Shown: positions 50,917 to 63,064 of the stretch, piece by piece
Layout: the number at the start of each line of letters is the position of its first letter
Position numbering within the stretch: position 1 is the first letter of the stretch
Assembly (NCBI RefSeq): GCF_001194135.2
Contig: NC_068991.1
Span: forward strand, 8,752,930-8,816,929
DNA length: 64,000 nucleotides
DNA from: Octopus bimaculoides
Taxonomy: Eukaryota
Direction of reading: 5' to 3'
Notes under the pieces: model-generated
Database searches by the model: none
Seen by the model: the letters and a program-made list of their open reading frames with translations, nothing else
What the model was told of the DNA's origin: nothing
Made by a program: the position numbers and the translations under genes

Positions 50917-53073
50917 CTGATTGATAAAGCATAATATCAGAGAGCACATCAAATAGACTAGTTCATTTAATCCCTAAATTGTTGGAGTACTTTGTATGTG
51001 TGTATGTGTGTGTGTTTGTGTAAATATACATGCACACATTCACACATATATACATACATACACACACACATATTTGTGTGGTGTGCTTCATTGATAATGA
51101 CATGATTCAAACTGTTGAAATATAAACAAACTGTGTTTGTTTATATTTCCCATGATCCCTCTTATTTCATGTTTCTTCTTGTAGTTCCATTGTGATATTT
51201 TGAACGCAGACTCCAAATACATAAGACAAGTGTGTTTATTCACTTGAATAAATGGAAACATTTATTGACATAATATATAGTGTAAACATTCAAGCATTGT
51301 CACTATCTTTTGAAATCCTGTTGCATTTCACATGGAATCATTGGTCTTCAAAATTCATCTTGGTTTATTAGTCAACTCACCTTTTTTGACTGTAAATTTT
51401 AGCCTGAAAAACTCTACTTGTATGCCAGAAAATATGTGTATATATATGTGTGTGTGTGTGTGTGTGCGTTTATATATATTTTAATCAAAGTGTACAGTAA
51501 GAAACAACCATTACGGTCAATCTTACCTGTCATTTTTGCACTAGGGGTTCAATGGGATGTTAGGTAACAACCTGATTATGCACCCCTGCACTCGACAGAA
51601 TTTGCAGTTACTTAACATCCCACTAAACCCCTAATGCGAAACTGATTGATAAGATTGGCTATAATGGATATATAATACTGTACACTCTGATTAATATGCT
51701 CACACTATTGACAAATATATGAATGCATATTTTTTCTGACTTATGGACTTTTAGATGGCTCTATATAAAGGTTAAAGATCCCCTTCAGTCATGAATGACC
51801 ATGGGATTGCACCTAGAAAAATCCCCTCCAGGGCAGGCTTGTTTGTAGAAGACCAGCAGTTGCCCATGCATACCAGCCTCTCCTCTCCATGCCAAGGGAA
51901 AGGCAAAACCCAATACAGCTTGGCACCGGTGACATTGCAACTCATTTCTACAGCTGAGTGAACTGGAGGAACATGTAGTAAAGTGTCTTGCTCAAGAACA
52001 CAACACACAACCCAGTCTGGGAATCGAACTGACAACCACATGATTGTTAGCCTGATGAATTTAGTGCCAAACATGTATAAGGGGTTGATTTAATGGACTG
52101 TTTCCCTCTGCGTAAAACTTCTGGTTTAGTTCCTACGTTTGAAACATGATGATAATGATAATAATATTTCAAAAGTATAACTCAAATAGCACACACAAGA
52201 CATACTCCATACAAAACCCTCTAAATATAACATCACAACCCACACATCATATAGCTAACATGACTACCACCACCTGACAACATGACATGACACACAGGGT
52301 CCATATAATGTATAGCTGATGTTATAACACCAACAACTTCAAATTCTACATAGCAGCAATACATGGAGGCCACACAGTCCACACATCACATACTTTACGC
52401 AATCATTGTCTGTTGCTGGCGTACATAACAACAATCAGGCATGGCTGTGAGGTTAAGACGTTAGCTTCCCAACCACATGGTTTCAGGTTCAGTCCCATGG
52501 CCCAGTACCTTGGGCAAATGTCTTCTTCTATAGCCCTAAGCTGACTAATGCCTTGTGCTTGGATTTGGTAGACAACAACTCAAAGAAGCCTGTTGTGTGT
52601 TTGTGTGTACCCTTGTTATGCAAGCGATATTGCTCATTTCCAGTTGTCTGTGGAAAACATTTCTGGCCATGGGGGAAACATTACCTTGCCAAGAAACAGG
52701 TGGGGGTTGGCAACAGAAAGGGCATCTGACTGACAGACGCATAGAAAAGTGGACGTTTAACAATGATAATGATGATATAGATGTATGCATGTGTGTGTAT
52801 ATACTTTATTTAGTCAGCCATGATCATACTTGTTTAACAAGTTGACATCTATCCTGTGTGAGTGTGTATACATATATAATACAGGAGGGGGGGGGGGACA
52901 AAAGTCACACACCAAAACATTTAACCTTTTATTTATATTACATTATCATTATTATTTTTGTTTGCCATGTACAAGTATGTGTGTATTCTTCATCATTTTA
53001 TTTTAAAAAATTGAAGCATGTCTTTGACAAATCTGGAGTGTATTGAACTTATTTTGTGTGTGACTTTTGACCC

Positions 53074-53112
<39 letters not shown>

Positions 53113-53370
53113 AATAANNNNNNNNNNNNNNNNNNNNNNNNNNNNNNNNNNNNNNNNNNNNNNNNNNNNNNNNNNNNNNNNNNNNNNNNNNNNNNNNNNN
53201 NNNNNNNNNNNNNNNNNNNNNNNNNNNNNNNNNNNNNNNNNNNNNNNNNNNNNNNNNNNNNNNNNNNNNNNNNNNNNNNNNNNNNNNNNNNNNNNNNNNN
53301 NNNNNNNNNNNNNNNNNNNNNNNNNNNNNNNNNNNNNNNNNNNNNNNNNNNNNNNNNNNNNNNNNNNNNN

Positions 53371-53406
<36 letters not shown>

Positions 53407-53959
53407 TATATATATGTATATATATATATATGTATACAAATAGATACATGAGAACATAGATAGACTAATAGGTAGGTAGATACATACATACATGATGCAT
53501 GCGAGCACACACACACACACACACACATACAAACACACAGAGGATGTGTGCAGTAATTCAGTAGAACAGCCAGCTAAAACTGTACTTTTGTTCAGTTTGC
53601 ATGGTTTCTTTTCATAGTGATTATTTGTCAAGATTCAACTTTAATCAGAAGTCTGGTATGTTGTTGCTAGACTTTGCTAACATCGCAGAACACAATGTTG
53701 CAACCATCACAGCTGCTTGTAACACCAACTACTACTACCAAGTCTTCTATCAGTCGTTTCTGTTAGCTTAGCAACAGAATGGTTAAGTAGCAGAAACTGC
53801 AGATTGCCACATGTCTACCAAAGATCAGGCACTTCTTTCCTCCACCTCATTACTTCACCACTGATTTTCAGTTGTAGCAAATGGTAACTAATTGGAACTA
53901 TGCCACATTAACTCTTTAGCATCCAGAACTTGTCAAGTGTAATGCTTATTTACTCAGTA

Positions 53960-54340
53960 CTCTTTTACTCTTTTACTTGTTTCAGTCATTTGACTGTGGC
54001 CATGCTGGAGCACCGCCTTTAGTCAAGCAAATCAACCCCAGGACTTATTCTTTGGAAGCCTAGTACTTATTCTATCGGTCTCTTTTGCCGAACCGCTAAG
54101 TTACGGGGATGTAAACACACCAGCATCGGTTGTCAAGCGATGTTGGAGGGGACAAATACAGACACACAAACACATACATACATTTATATATATATATACA
54201 TATATACGACGGGCTTCTTTCAGTTTGCGTCTACCAAATCCACTCACAAGGCTTTGGTCGGCCCGAGGCTATAGTAGAAGACACTTGCCCAAGGTGCCAT
54301 GCAGTGAGAATGAACCCGGAACCATGTGGTTCCGGGTTCA
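53960..54340 (-). mobile_element. SINE family A with a 5' fold-back end
   Basis: Tail and CORE on the minus strand; the head is replaced by the 30-bp palindrome 54311-54340. Confidence 0.82.
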
Positions 54341-55929
54341 CTTTGTTTTGAATAAATCATGACATCTTGTAGCTTCAATATTTTAAAGAAATAATTGCTT
54401 AGTCTTAAAATGAGATTATTAGGTAGACATGAGATGCTGGATCTGGTCAGTTTGAACATAAAACAAATAGAATGTTTTGGCCGTATATGCTGGTCTGACC
54501 CTTTAGTATATAGATTATTCTGTCAACTGCAATGCTTGTTGGTTCACATTGTTTTGAATTAATCATGTATCGAGATTTCAATGATGTGATAGTTTAGTTT
54601 TAGAATGACATTGTAGGGTTGAAGTGAGAGGCCAGATCTGGCCAGTTTCAACATAAAACAGGTTAAATATTTTGGCCTAATGTGGCCAAGTTGAATGCTA
54701 AAATGTTAAATGCTAAAGGGTTCTGACATTTTGAACAAAAAAACATTTTTTTTTCTTTTTGTATTAGTTGTGTGTGTGTGTGCACGCTCATTTGTTTTGT
54801 TGATTTACCCTTTTTTGGAGCTTAATCCTGCAGACAGCTCTCTGCCTTCTTTCTGTTCAAGGGGGATATTTAACTCTAGCTTTAATCAGGCATGGGCAAC
54901 CTTTTCTGAGAAGTTAGCTGCATGAGACACAGCTTATCATCAGGTGAGCTGCATTATTAGAAAAAAATGGAAGGTGATTTTTTTTCATTAAGCATGCTGT
55001 TCAGAAAGTTTCAAAGACTACAGGTTTCCTGTGACAGCTTTAAAGTATTGATTATAGCTGAGTTTGCTTCAGGATACATTGTTAATAAAGATTTGTATTA
55101 TTGCAATCTCTCACCACCACCACCACCACCCATCCCCTTACAATAATCACTGTTGCCAGTCTGTCTTCTTCCCCAGAACACTGGTCCTTAGGAATCGGAA
55201 CATGATGATTTGAACAGCTGACTGAGCATCGAGCATGTTATGGCAACAATATGTTTTGCTGCTGGTTAGCAAAACAACTCATACAATATGTGTACAAAAA
55301 TATATGCCAGTGACACATAAAAAGCACCCAGAACACTCTGTAAAGTGATTGTCATTAGGAAGGGCATCCAGGTGCAGAAACCATGCCAAAACAGACAACT
55401 GGAGCCTGGTGCAGCTTCCTGACTTGCCAGTTCCAGTAAAGCCATCTAACCCATGCCGGCATAGAAAACAGATGTTAGATGATGAAGAGTGAGAGGTAGA
55501 GCAAGGGTGAGGGAGGGAGAGAAATAATTCATTAATTGAATATGATTGATGAGAGAAATAATTCATTAACTGAATACTTTATGTCTCCTTATGTGCATAA
55601 AAAGAAATATGCTTATACACATACACAGAGGGGGAGGGAGAGAAAGCAAAAGTGACGGGGGTGGGGAAAATAGAAATACTAAAGCTTTTGATACCATTAA
55701 GTCAGTGCCAAATCAACAATGCCAAACAGGTGGTACTAAAACAGGTGTGCCAAAACATCTTATAACCCTCAGGAACTTCCTTTCTGCTCGTATCTTTTCT
55801 TGAAGAAGTTGACTTACAGAGGTTCAATGGAACCAGTTTTATTGGTCTTGGTGGGGTCTGCAAAGACAACGGGCACTGCCCCTTTCTCCAGATCCAACAA
55901 GTGAAAGAAAAAATTGTAATTAAAATTAA

Positions 55930-56215
55930 AGTGGTAAGTAGCTTGCTTACCAACCACATGGTTCCAAGTTCAGTCCCACTGCGTGGCACCTTGGGCAAGT
56001 GTCTTCTACTATAGCCTCAGGCCAATCAAAGCCTTGTGAGTGGATTTGGTAGACGGAAACTGAAAGAAGGTCATTATATGTGTGTGTGTGTGTGTGTGTG
56101 TCTTTTTGTCTGTTTCTCCCTCACCACTTGACAACTGGTACTGATGTGTTTATGTCTCTGTAACTTAGCAGTTCAGCAAAAATAATTGATAGAATAAGTA
56201 CCAGGTTTTTTTTAA
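55930..56215 (+). mobile_element. SINE family A (tail cut by gap); other partial copies near 11760-11990, 21960-22160, 45915-46080, 52440-52600, 57985-58230 and 61755-61900
   Basis: Same head, CORE and tail motifs. Confidence 0.8.
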
Positions 56216-56814
56216 AAAAAAACTACTGNNNNNNNNNNNNNNNNNNNNNNNNNNNNNNNNNNNNNNNNNNNNNNNNNNNNNNNNNNNNNNNNNNNNNNNN
56301 NNNNNNNNNNNNNNNNNNNNNNNNNNNNNNNNNNNNNNNNNNNNNNNNNNNNNNNNNNNNNNNNNNNNNNNNNNNNNNNNNNNNNNNNNNNNNNNNNNNN
56401 NNNNNNNNNNNNNNNNNNNNNNNNNNNNNNNNNNNNNNNNNNNNNNNNNNNNNNNNNNNNNNNNNNNNNNNNNNNNNNNNNNNNNNNNNNNNNNNNNNNN
56501 NNNNNNNNNNNNNNNNNNNNNNNNNNNNNNNNNNNNNNNNNNNNNNNNNNNNNNNNNNNNNNNNNNNNNNNNNNNNNNNNNNNNNNNNNNNNNNNNNNNN
56601 NNNNNNNNNNNNNNNNNNNNNNNNNNNNNNNNNNNNNNNNNNNNNNNNNNNNNNNNNNNNNNNNNNNNNNNNNNNNNNNNNNNNNNNNNNNNNNNNNNNN
56701 NNNNNNNNNNNNNNNNNNNNNNNNNNNNNNNNNNNNNNNNNNNNNNNNNNNNNNNNNNNNNNNNNNNNNNNNNNNNNNNNNNNNNNNNNNNNNNNNNNNN
56801 NNNNNNNNNNNNNN

Positions 56815-57118
56815 TATATGAATTTATGCATCTGGCTCCCGTAGGATTTTCGAGTGAGATCGTTGCCAGTGCCCCTGGACTGGCTTGTGCGGGTGGCACA
56901 TAAAAGACACCATTTCGAGCGTGGCCGTTTTCGTGCGGGTGACACGTAAAAGCACCCACTACACTCTCTGAGTGGTTGGCGTTAGGAAGGGCATCCAGCT
57001 GTAGAAACTCTGCCAAATTAGATTGGAGCCTGGTGTTGCCATCCGGTTTCACCAGTCCTCAGTCAAATCGTCCAACCCATGCTAGCATGGAAAGCGGACG
57101 TTAAACGACGATGATGAT
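56815..57118 (+). mobile_element. Retroposon family B, young copy
   Basis: Same motifs as 42340-42660. Confidence 0.85.
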
Positions 57119-57635
57119 ATATATGTAAATACACACACACGCACATGTATATATGCATATGTGTGTGTGTAGACAAATACAAGTATATCAAATACCATAC
57201 AACATAAATTGTTGATTTATTAAAATTATCGCCACCTCCAGAGGATGTGTCACAATTATCTCTGCAGAGATCCAAGAAGTGCAATGTCTGTGTACAATTT
57301 CTTCTCTCAAGAATGAGATATATATATGCATATGTAGTTTACTGTTCTGTTAAGCAAAGATCAATGAAAAATGTACTCCATTCAGTGAGAGATGAATATC
57401 ATTTAATGCATACAGTATAAAGATACAAGCTACTGATAGTTTCTTGCATTGGAGACATGGGTCTAGGCAGGTTTTTTATGACATGACTTATGCCACTTTG
57501 CAAAGTGGTTGGCATTAGGAAGGGCATCCAGCCATAAAAATCATGCCAAAACAGACAGTGAAACCTGCTACAGTCTTCTGGCTTACTAGCTCCTTTCAAA
57601 CTCTCCAACCTATGCCAAATGATGATGATGAGGAG

Positions 57636-57678
<43 letters not shown>

Positions 57679-58592
57679 GAAATTTACAGAAAAACAAAAG
57701 ACAAAGACAGGTGTATAAACAACAAGCAAGTGTATTAGTTTGACTCCAAGGAAAGTGAGAAAGTCTTTTACGTTTCAAGCCTATGTTCTTCAACAGAAAG
57801 GAATAGGAGAAAATAAACGGAGAGAGAATAAAAAAACATGTAGATTTAGTGGTCATGCATTATATATATATATATATATATATATACTTTATTTAAAAGC
57901 AGCAGAAATATAACAAAAAAACCGTTACACATGTGCTTACTCCGGTATATATATATATATTTTATATTTTACTTGTTTGAATATTCTACTGGTCTCTTTT
58001 ACTGAATCGTTAAGTTACAGGGATGTAAACACACCAACACCGGTTGTCAAGTGGTAGTGGTGGTAGTGGTGGGGAACAAACACAGATACAAAGACACACA
58101 CGCACACACACACATACAACAGACTTCTTTCAGTTTACGTCATAAGGCTTTGGTTGGACTAAAGCCCAAGGTGCCATGCAGTGAAACTGAACCTGGAACC
58201 TTATAGTTGGGAGGCAAGCTTCTTACCAAACATACACACACACACACATGTATGTATGTAAACAAACAGTAAAGATGTCTTAACTTGAATAACCATTGAA
58301 TGAGCAAACATAACAGATTAAAGCCAGTATCACAGTCTCTCTGCAGGATCCATTTCCCTACCTTGGTTGAAATTGAGTGTTGCATTATATAGGAATGGGT
58401 TAGGGTTATTTTAAGGTATAATTTATTACCCATTAGCATTAACTGTTAGGGGTGAGTTTGTTGTTTTGAGCCTGGCTAAAAATAGTTAGGTCAGAGAAAT
58501 AGCTTAGCCGCTAAAAGTGCAATAATTGTTTTTTTTTTTTCCATTACCATACATATTGAATATTCTGGTTTTGTGCATGTAAATAACTGGAA

Positions 58593-58631
<39 letters not shown>

Positions 58632-58710
58632 CAAGTCATGATTAAGCCAAGATTGATTAAAAAAATATATAACATTTTAAATTAAGTCTGGACATAGACA
58701 GAGGGGAAGA

Positions 58711-58758
<48 letters not shown>

Positions 58759-60008
58759 CAACATCAAAACAAAGTAAAAAAAAATGGTAAAATTGCCAGA
58801 GAGAATAAAGGATTTAGTTCTCTTTGTAAATGTTTTGATTTTTTGGGATTTATTCACTAATTCAGAGAAATTATCAAAACCCACTCAGCCCAGTTCCATC
58901 ATAAGTTGTATGATATTCCATTGGTTATGACGATGACTATTCCAGTTGATCCAATGAATGGAACAGCCTGCTCATGAAACTAATGTGCAATTGGCTGAGC
59001 ATTCCAAAGACATGTGTACCCTTGAAGTAGTTCTCAGGGAGATTCAGCGTGAAACAGAATGTGTCAAAGCTGACCCTTTGAAATACAGGTACAACTTATT
59101 TTTGTCAGGTGAGTGGACTGGAGCAATGTGAAACAAATTGTCCTGCTCAAGGACACAATGTACCACTGGATATCAAATTCACAACCTTATAATTGTAGGC
59201 CGAGCACTCTAACCACTACACCACATGCCGTAAAAACCCTGCCAAAACAGACACAGCAGCCTGGGGTAGTCTTCTATCTGGCCGGCTCCTGTCAAACTGT
59301 CCAACCCATGCCTGCATGGAAGGCAGATGTTAAGCAATGATGATGATGATATATATATATAGTCTCCCTACCAATTACTACCCCCACGGGGTAGCCATGT
59401 ATCTTCTGTATAACAAGACACCTGTGCTTGTCCCACTATTGTACTTTAAGCCTCTCAACACCTGACATAAAGCCAACTCCCTTCTCAAATATCTCCCCCC
59501 CCCCCACATGAGTGGTCAGGTGGGGGAGGAGATTTTCTTTTTTTCCTTTTCTGCTCCTTTCCTGTCTTGAAATTGCATGTTACTTGGTAACCTCACTAGT
59601 ACCAGTGGCACAAGAAAAGTAGCTATGTACACACTAGTTGGCATTAGGAAGGGCATCCAGCCATAGAAACCATGCCAAAGCTGATGGAGCTTCACACAAC
59701 CGTGCAGTTTGTCAGATCCATCAAACCATCTGACTCATGCCAGCATGGAAAACTAACATTAAATGACGACGATGATGATGATGATGATGATAAAGATTTC
59801 AAACTGAATTTGTTAAGGAAGATTTTTCCATAGCTGGGTGCCTTTCCTGTCACCAACCAGCACGGCTTATAAGATGGCGATATTTGTTTATAACCGTTGT
59901 GTTGGCAAGGAGACACACACATAGGCACTCGCATACACCAACATGATATATGTTGTGAGACTGAACCTGAAAATGTGTGTGTGTGTGTGTGTACATATAA
60001 ATATATGA

Positions 60009-60045
<37 letters not shown>

Positions 60046-60212
60046 NNNNNNNNNNNNNNNNNNNNNNNNNNNNNNNNNNNNNNNNNNNNNNNNNNNNNNN
60101 NNNNNNNNNNNNNNNNNNNNNNNNNNNNNNNNNNNNNNNNNNNNNNNNNNNNNNNNNNNNNNNNNNNNNNNNNNNNNNNNNNNNNNNNNNNAGCCCCTTG
60201 TTTATTATTTAA

Positions 60213-60502
60213 GGATTTTCGAGCGAGATCGTTGCCAGTGCCCCTGGACTGGCTCTTGTGCGGGTGGCACATAAAATACACCATTTTGAGCATGGCCGTT
60301 GCCAGTATCGCCTGACAGGCCTTCGTGCCGGTGACACGTAAAAGCACCCACTACACTCTCAGAGTGGTTGGCGTTAGGAAGGGCAACCAGCTGTAGAAAC
60401 TCTGCCAAATCAGATTGGAGCCTGGTGTAGCCATCTGGTTTCACCAGTCCTCAGTCAAATCGTCCAACCTATGCTAGCATGGAAAGCGGACGTTAAACGA
60501 TT
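60213..60502 (+). mobile_element. Retroposon family B; further copies at 14993-15162 (-), 25520-25690, 55300-55485, 57480-57630, 59635-59790 and 60650-60900
   Basis: Same motifs and (GAT)n tails. Confidence 0.85.
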
Positions 60503-61253
60503 ATATATATATATATATATATATATGAGGTACTGATGAACAACCTCAGGAAGCTGAAGTTTTCAAGCACCTTCCCGTATACAAGAAGACCTGTACTCCA
60601 CACCAGAAGTGTTAAGATCCCTCTAGCGGTGTAAAGCATTTGTGGTGGTGCTATGTAAAAGCACCCATGTGGCAATACATAAAAGCATTTGTGTGACATC
60701 ACATAAAGCACCTGTGTGGTGCCATGTAAAAGCCCCCGGTACACTCTCTAAAGTGGTTGGCGTCATTAGAAAAGGCAACTAGCCATAGAAACCAGGCCAA
60801 ATCAGACTGGAGCCTGGTGTAGCTCCCCAGCTTGCCAGCTCTGGTCACACTATCCAACTCATGTCAGCATGGACAACAGACATTAAATGATGATGATATA
60901 TAATATATACCGACATATATACATATTTACACACACATATATATATATATATATATANNNNNNNNNNNNNNNNNNNNNNNNNNNNNNNNNNNNNNNNNNN
61001 NNNNNNNNNNNNNNNNNNNNNNNNNNNNNNNNNNNNNNNNNNNNNNNNNNNNNNNNNNNNNNNNNNNNNNNNNNNNNNNATATAATTCTAACTTTGCCAT
61101 TGGTCTCTTTATCTTATTCTTTCTTTATATATACACACGCTAATACACGACCCATGTTATATTCCCCACTCATGTTGCAACCACGACAGGGGCAAAACTA
61201 GTCGGTATTGCCTGTATTTTTAGGGTTTGGTTGACTCCAATACCCTTCATAAC

Positions 61254-61312
<59 letters not shown>

Positions 61313-62494
61313 ATCTACCCATGCATGCATGGAAGATGGACATTAAATGATGATGATGATGATGACATACATACATATTTACACACACACACATATATTA
61401 TATATATATATATGAATAAGCAGTGGTGAGAACTCATCTGGAGTAACAGCTGAGTTGCTCTTAAATCTTTAATTCTCTATAATGGAATAAGAGATTACCA
61501 AGTTGCTAAAACCATATTACAAATAGACAAAGATATGAAAACAAAGCAAAACAAAAAAAAAATCAAAAATAGAAGAAATGAGGGGAAAAAAACTACATTT
61601 TAAACATGGAGATTAGAGAAGAAATAAATATAAAAGATTGGTGTGTGAGAAATGGCACAATATAGTTTGTGCAAGAGCATCTGTTAAATATTATATGATT
61701 AACAGTAAAATCCTCCACCTCATCCTCGTTATGAGGTTGCAGGCATTGCTAAGTGCAGACATGGCTGTGTAGTTATGAAGCTTGCTTCCCGAAAATGAGG
61801 CTACAGGTTCACTCCCACTGTGCAGCACCTTGGGCAAAGCCTTGCAAATGGATTTGTAGAGAGAAACTGAAAGAAGCCCATCATGTGTGTGTGTGTGTGT
61901 GTATGTGTATGTATGTTCTCTTTAACTTTTTAATTTACAGTAAATTTTGAACAGCCACTTACTTGATACCAAGGCTGTGAAGGAAAGGATCTTGTTTTAA
62001 CTGCCATTCTTTAAGTCTTAAAGTCTTGCGGATTATTATAGTTCCTGATACTGTGATCATTTGTAGAGTATGAATTAAGGATTTGTATTCTCTCCCCAAG
62101 AAACCAAGTTCAGCTATACTTTAAAGCTCCAGACAGGTTGGTATGTATCTTGTTGCTTCAATAATAAAAGTTATGAAGCTGAAATTATATCTTGGGCTCT
62201 GGATTTGCAAACTCCTTATTAATATGGTCCACAGATGTCCTCTTTCTTTTGTATTTTTCTAACCACATTAGTGTTTAGAGGGCGGCTGATTTCCACTACT
62301 GAATCTATCTTCTCCTTACATATATACATGCATTTATGTATGTATAATGACTGACAAAGGGGACATGTAACCTTACTTGGAAACAGATGATGGTTGATGT
62401 GAGGAATCTGGTCACAGAAAATCGTTTTCAACAAATTCCATCTGAAAGATGCAAACATGGAAAAGTGGATGGTAAAAATTTGATGGTGATCCAT

Positions 62495-62547
<53 letters not shown>

Positions 62548-62550
<3 letters not shown>

Positions 62551-62674
62551 GGTGTCCACAAAGTCTGGGTAAATGGGGATTAACACATACTTTAAGGAAT
62601 TATTATTTCATATATTTAATTGTTTATGTTATGATTTTATTTACTGCAGGTACCCAGACTTTGTGGACACCCTG
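62548..62674. mobile_element. Tc1/mariner-type MITE, 127 bp
   Basis: Perfect 24-bp TIRs CAGGGTGTCCACAAAGTCTGGGTA / TACCCAGACTTTGTGGACACCCTG, flanked by TA and inserted at a (TA)n tract. Confidence 0.9.
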
Positions 62675-62677
62675 TAT

Positions 62678-63064
62678 AATACAAAGAAAATGGAGAATGC
62701 ATACACAGAATAATCAATATATTTATTATAATAGTCAATTCATGTTGCTTGCACACATTTTGGTTTAATTACTTAAATCCATATTTATGCAATTAAATTG
62801 CATTATGAATTTGGAAAAGCAAAAACCTTCATCAGGGCAAAAATTGACTGTTACTAAGGTAAAAATTGACTGTTATTTTACCTTAGTAACAGTAGATTTT
62901 TTTTCCTTGATGAAGATTTTTGCTTTTCCAAATTTATAATGCAATTTAATTGCTTAAATATGGACTTAAGTAATGAAACTGAAACATGCGTAGGTAACAT
63001 GAATTGACTTTTATAATAAATATATTGATTATTTTGTGTATGCATTCTCCATTTTCTTTGTATT
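62678..63064. repeat. ~387-bp fold-back palindrome (probable MITE)
   Basis: AATACAAAGAAAATGGAGAATGC... pairs with ...GCATTCTCCATTTTCTTTGTATT along ~185-bp arms, with a short central loop near 62860-62875. Confidence 0.85.

Noticed and set aside
53618-53655. Plus-strand 38-nt exon-like segment (ttttcatag|...|gtatgt)
   Set aside because: Good splice sites, but it does not encode the expected next P4HA exon (QG.-type start, phase 0) or anything recognisable.
62101-62140. Plus-strand 40-nt exon-like segment
   Set aside because: Splice-like sites only; no homology to P4HA.
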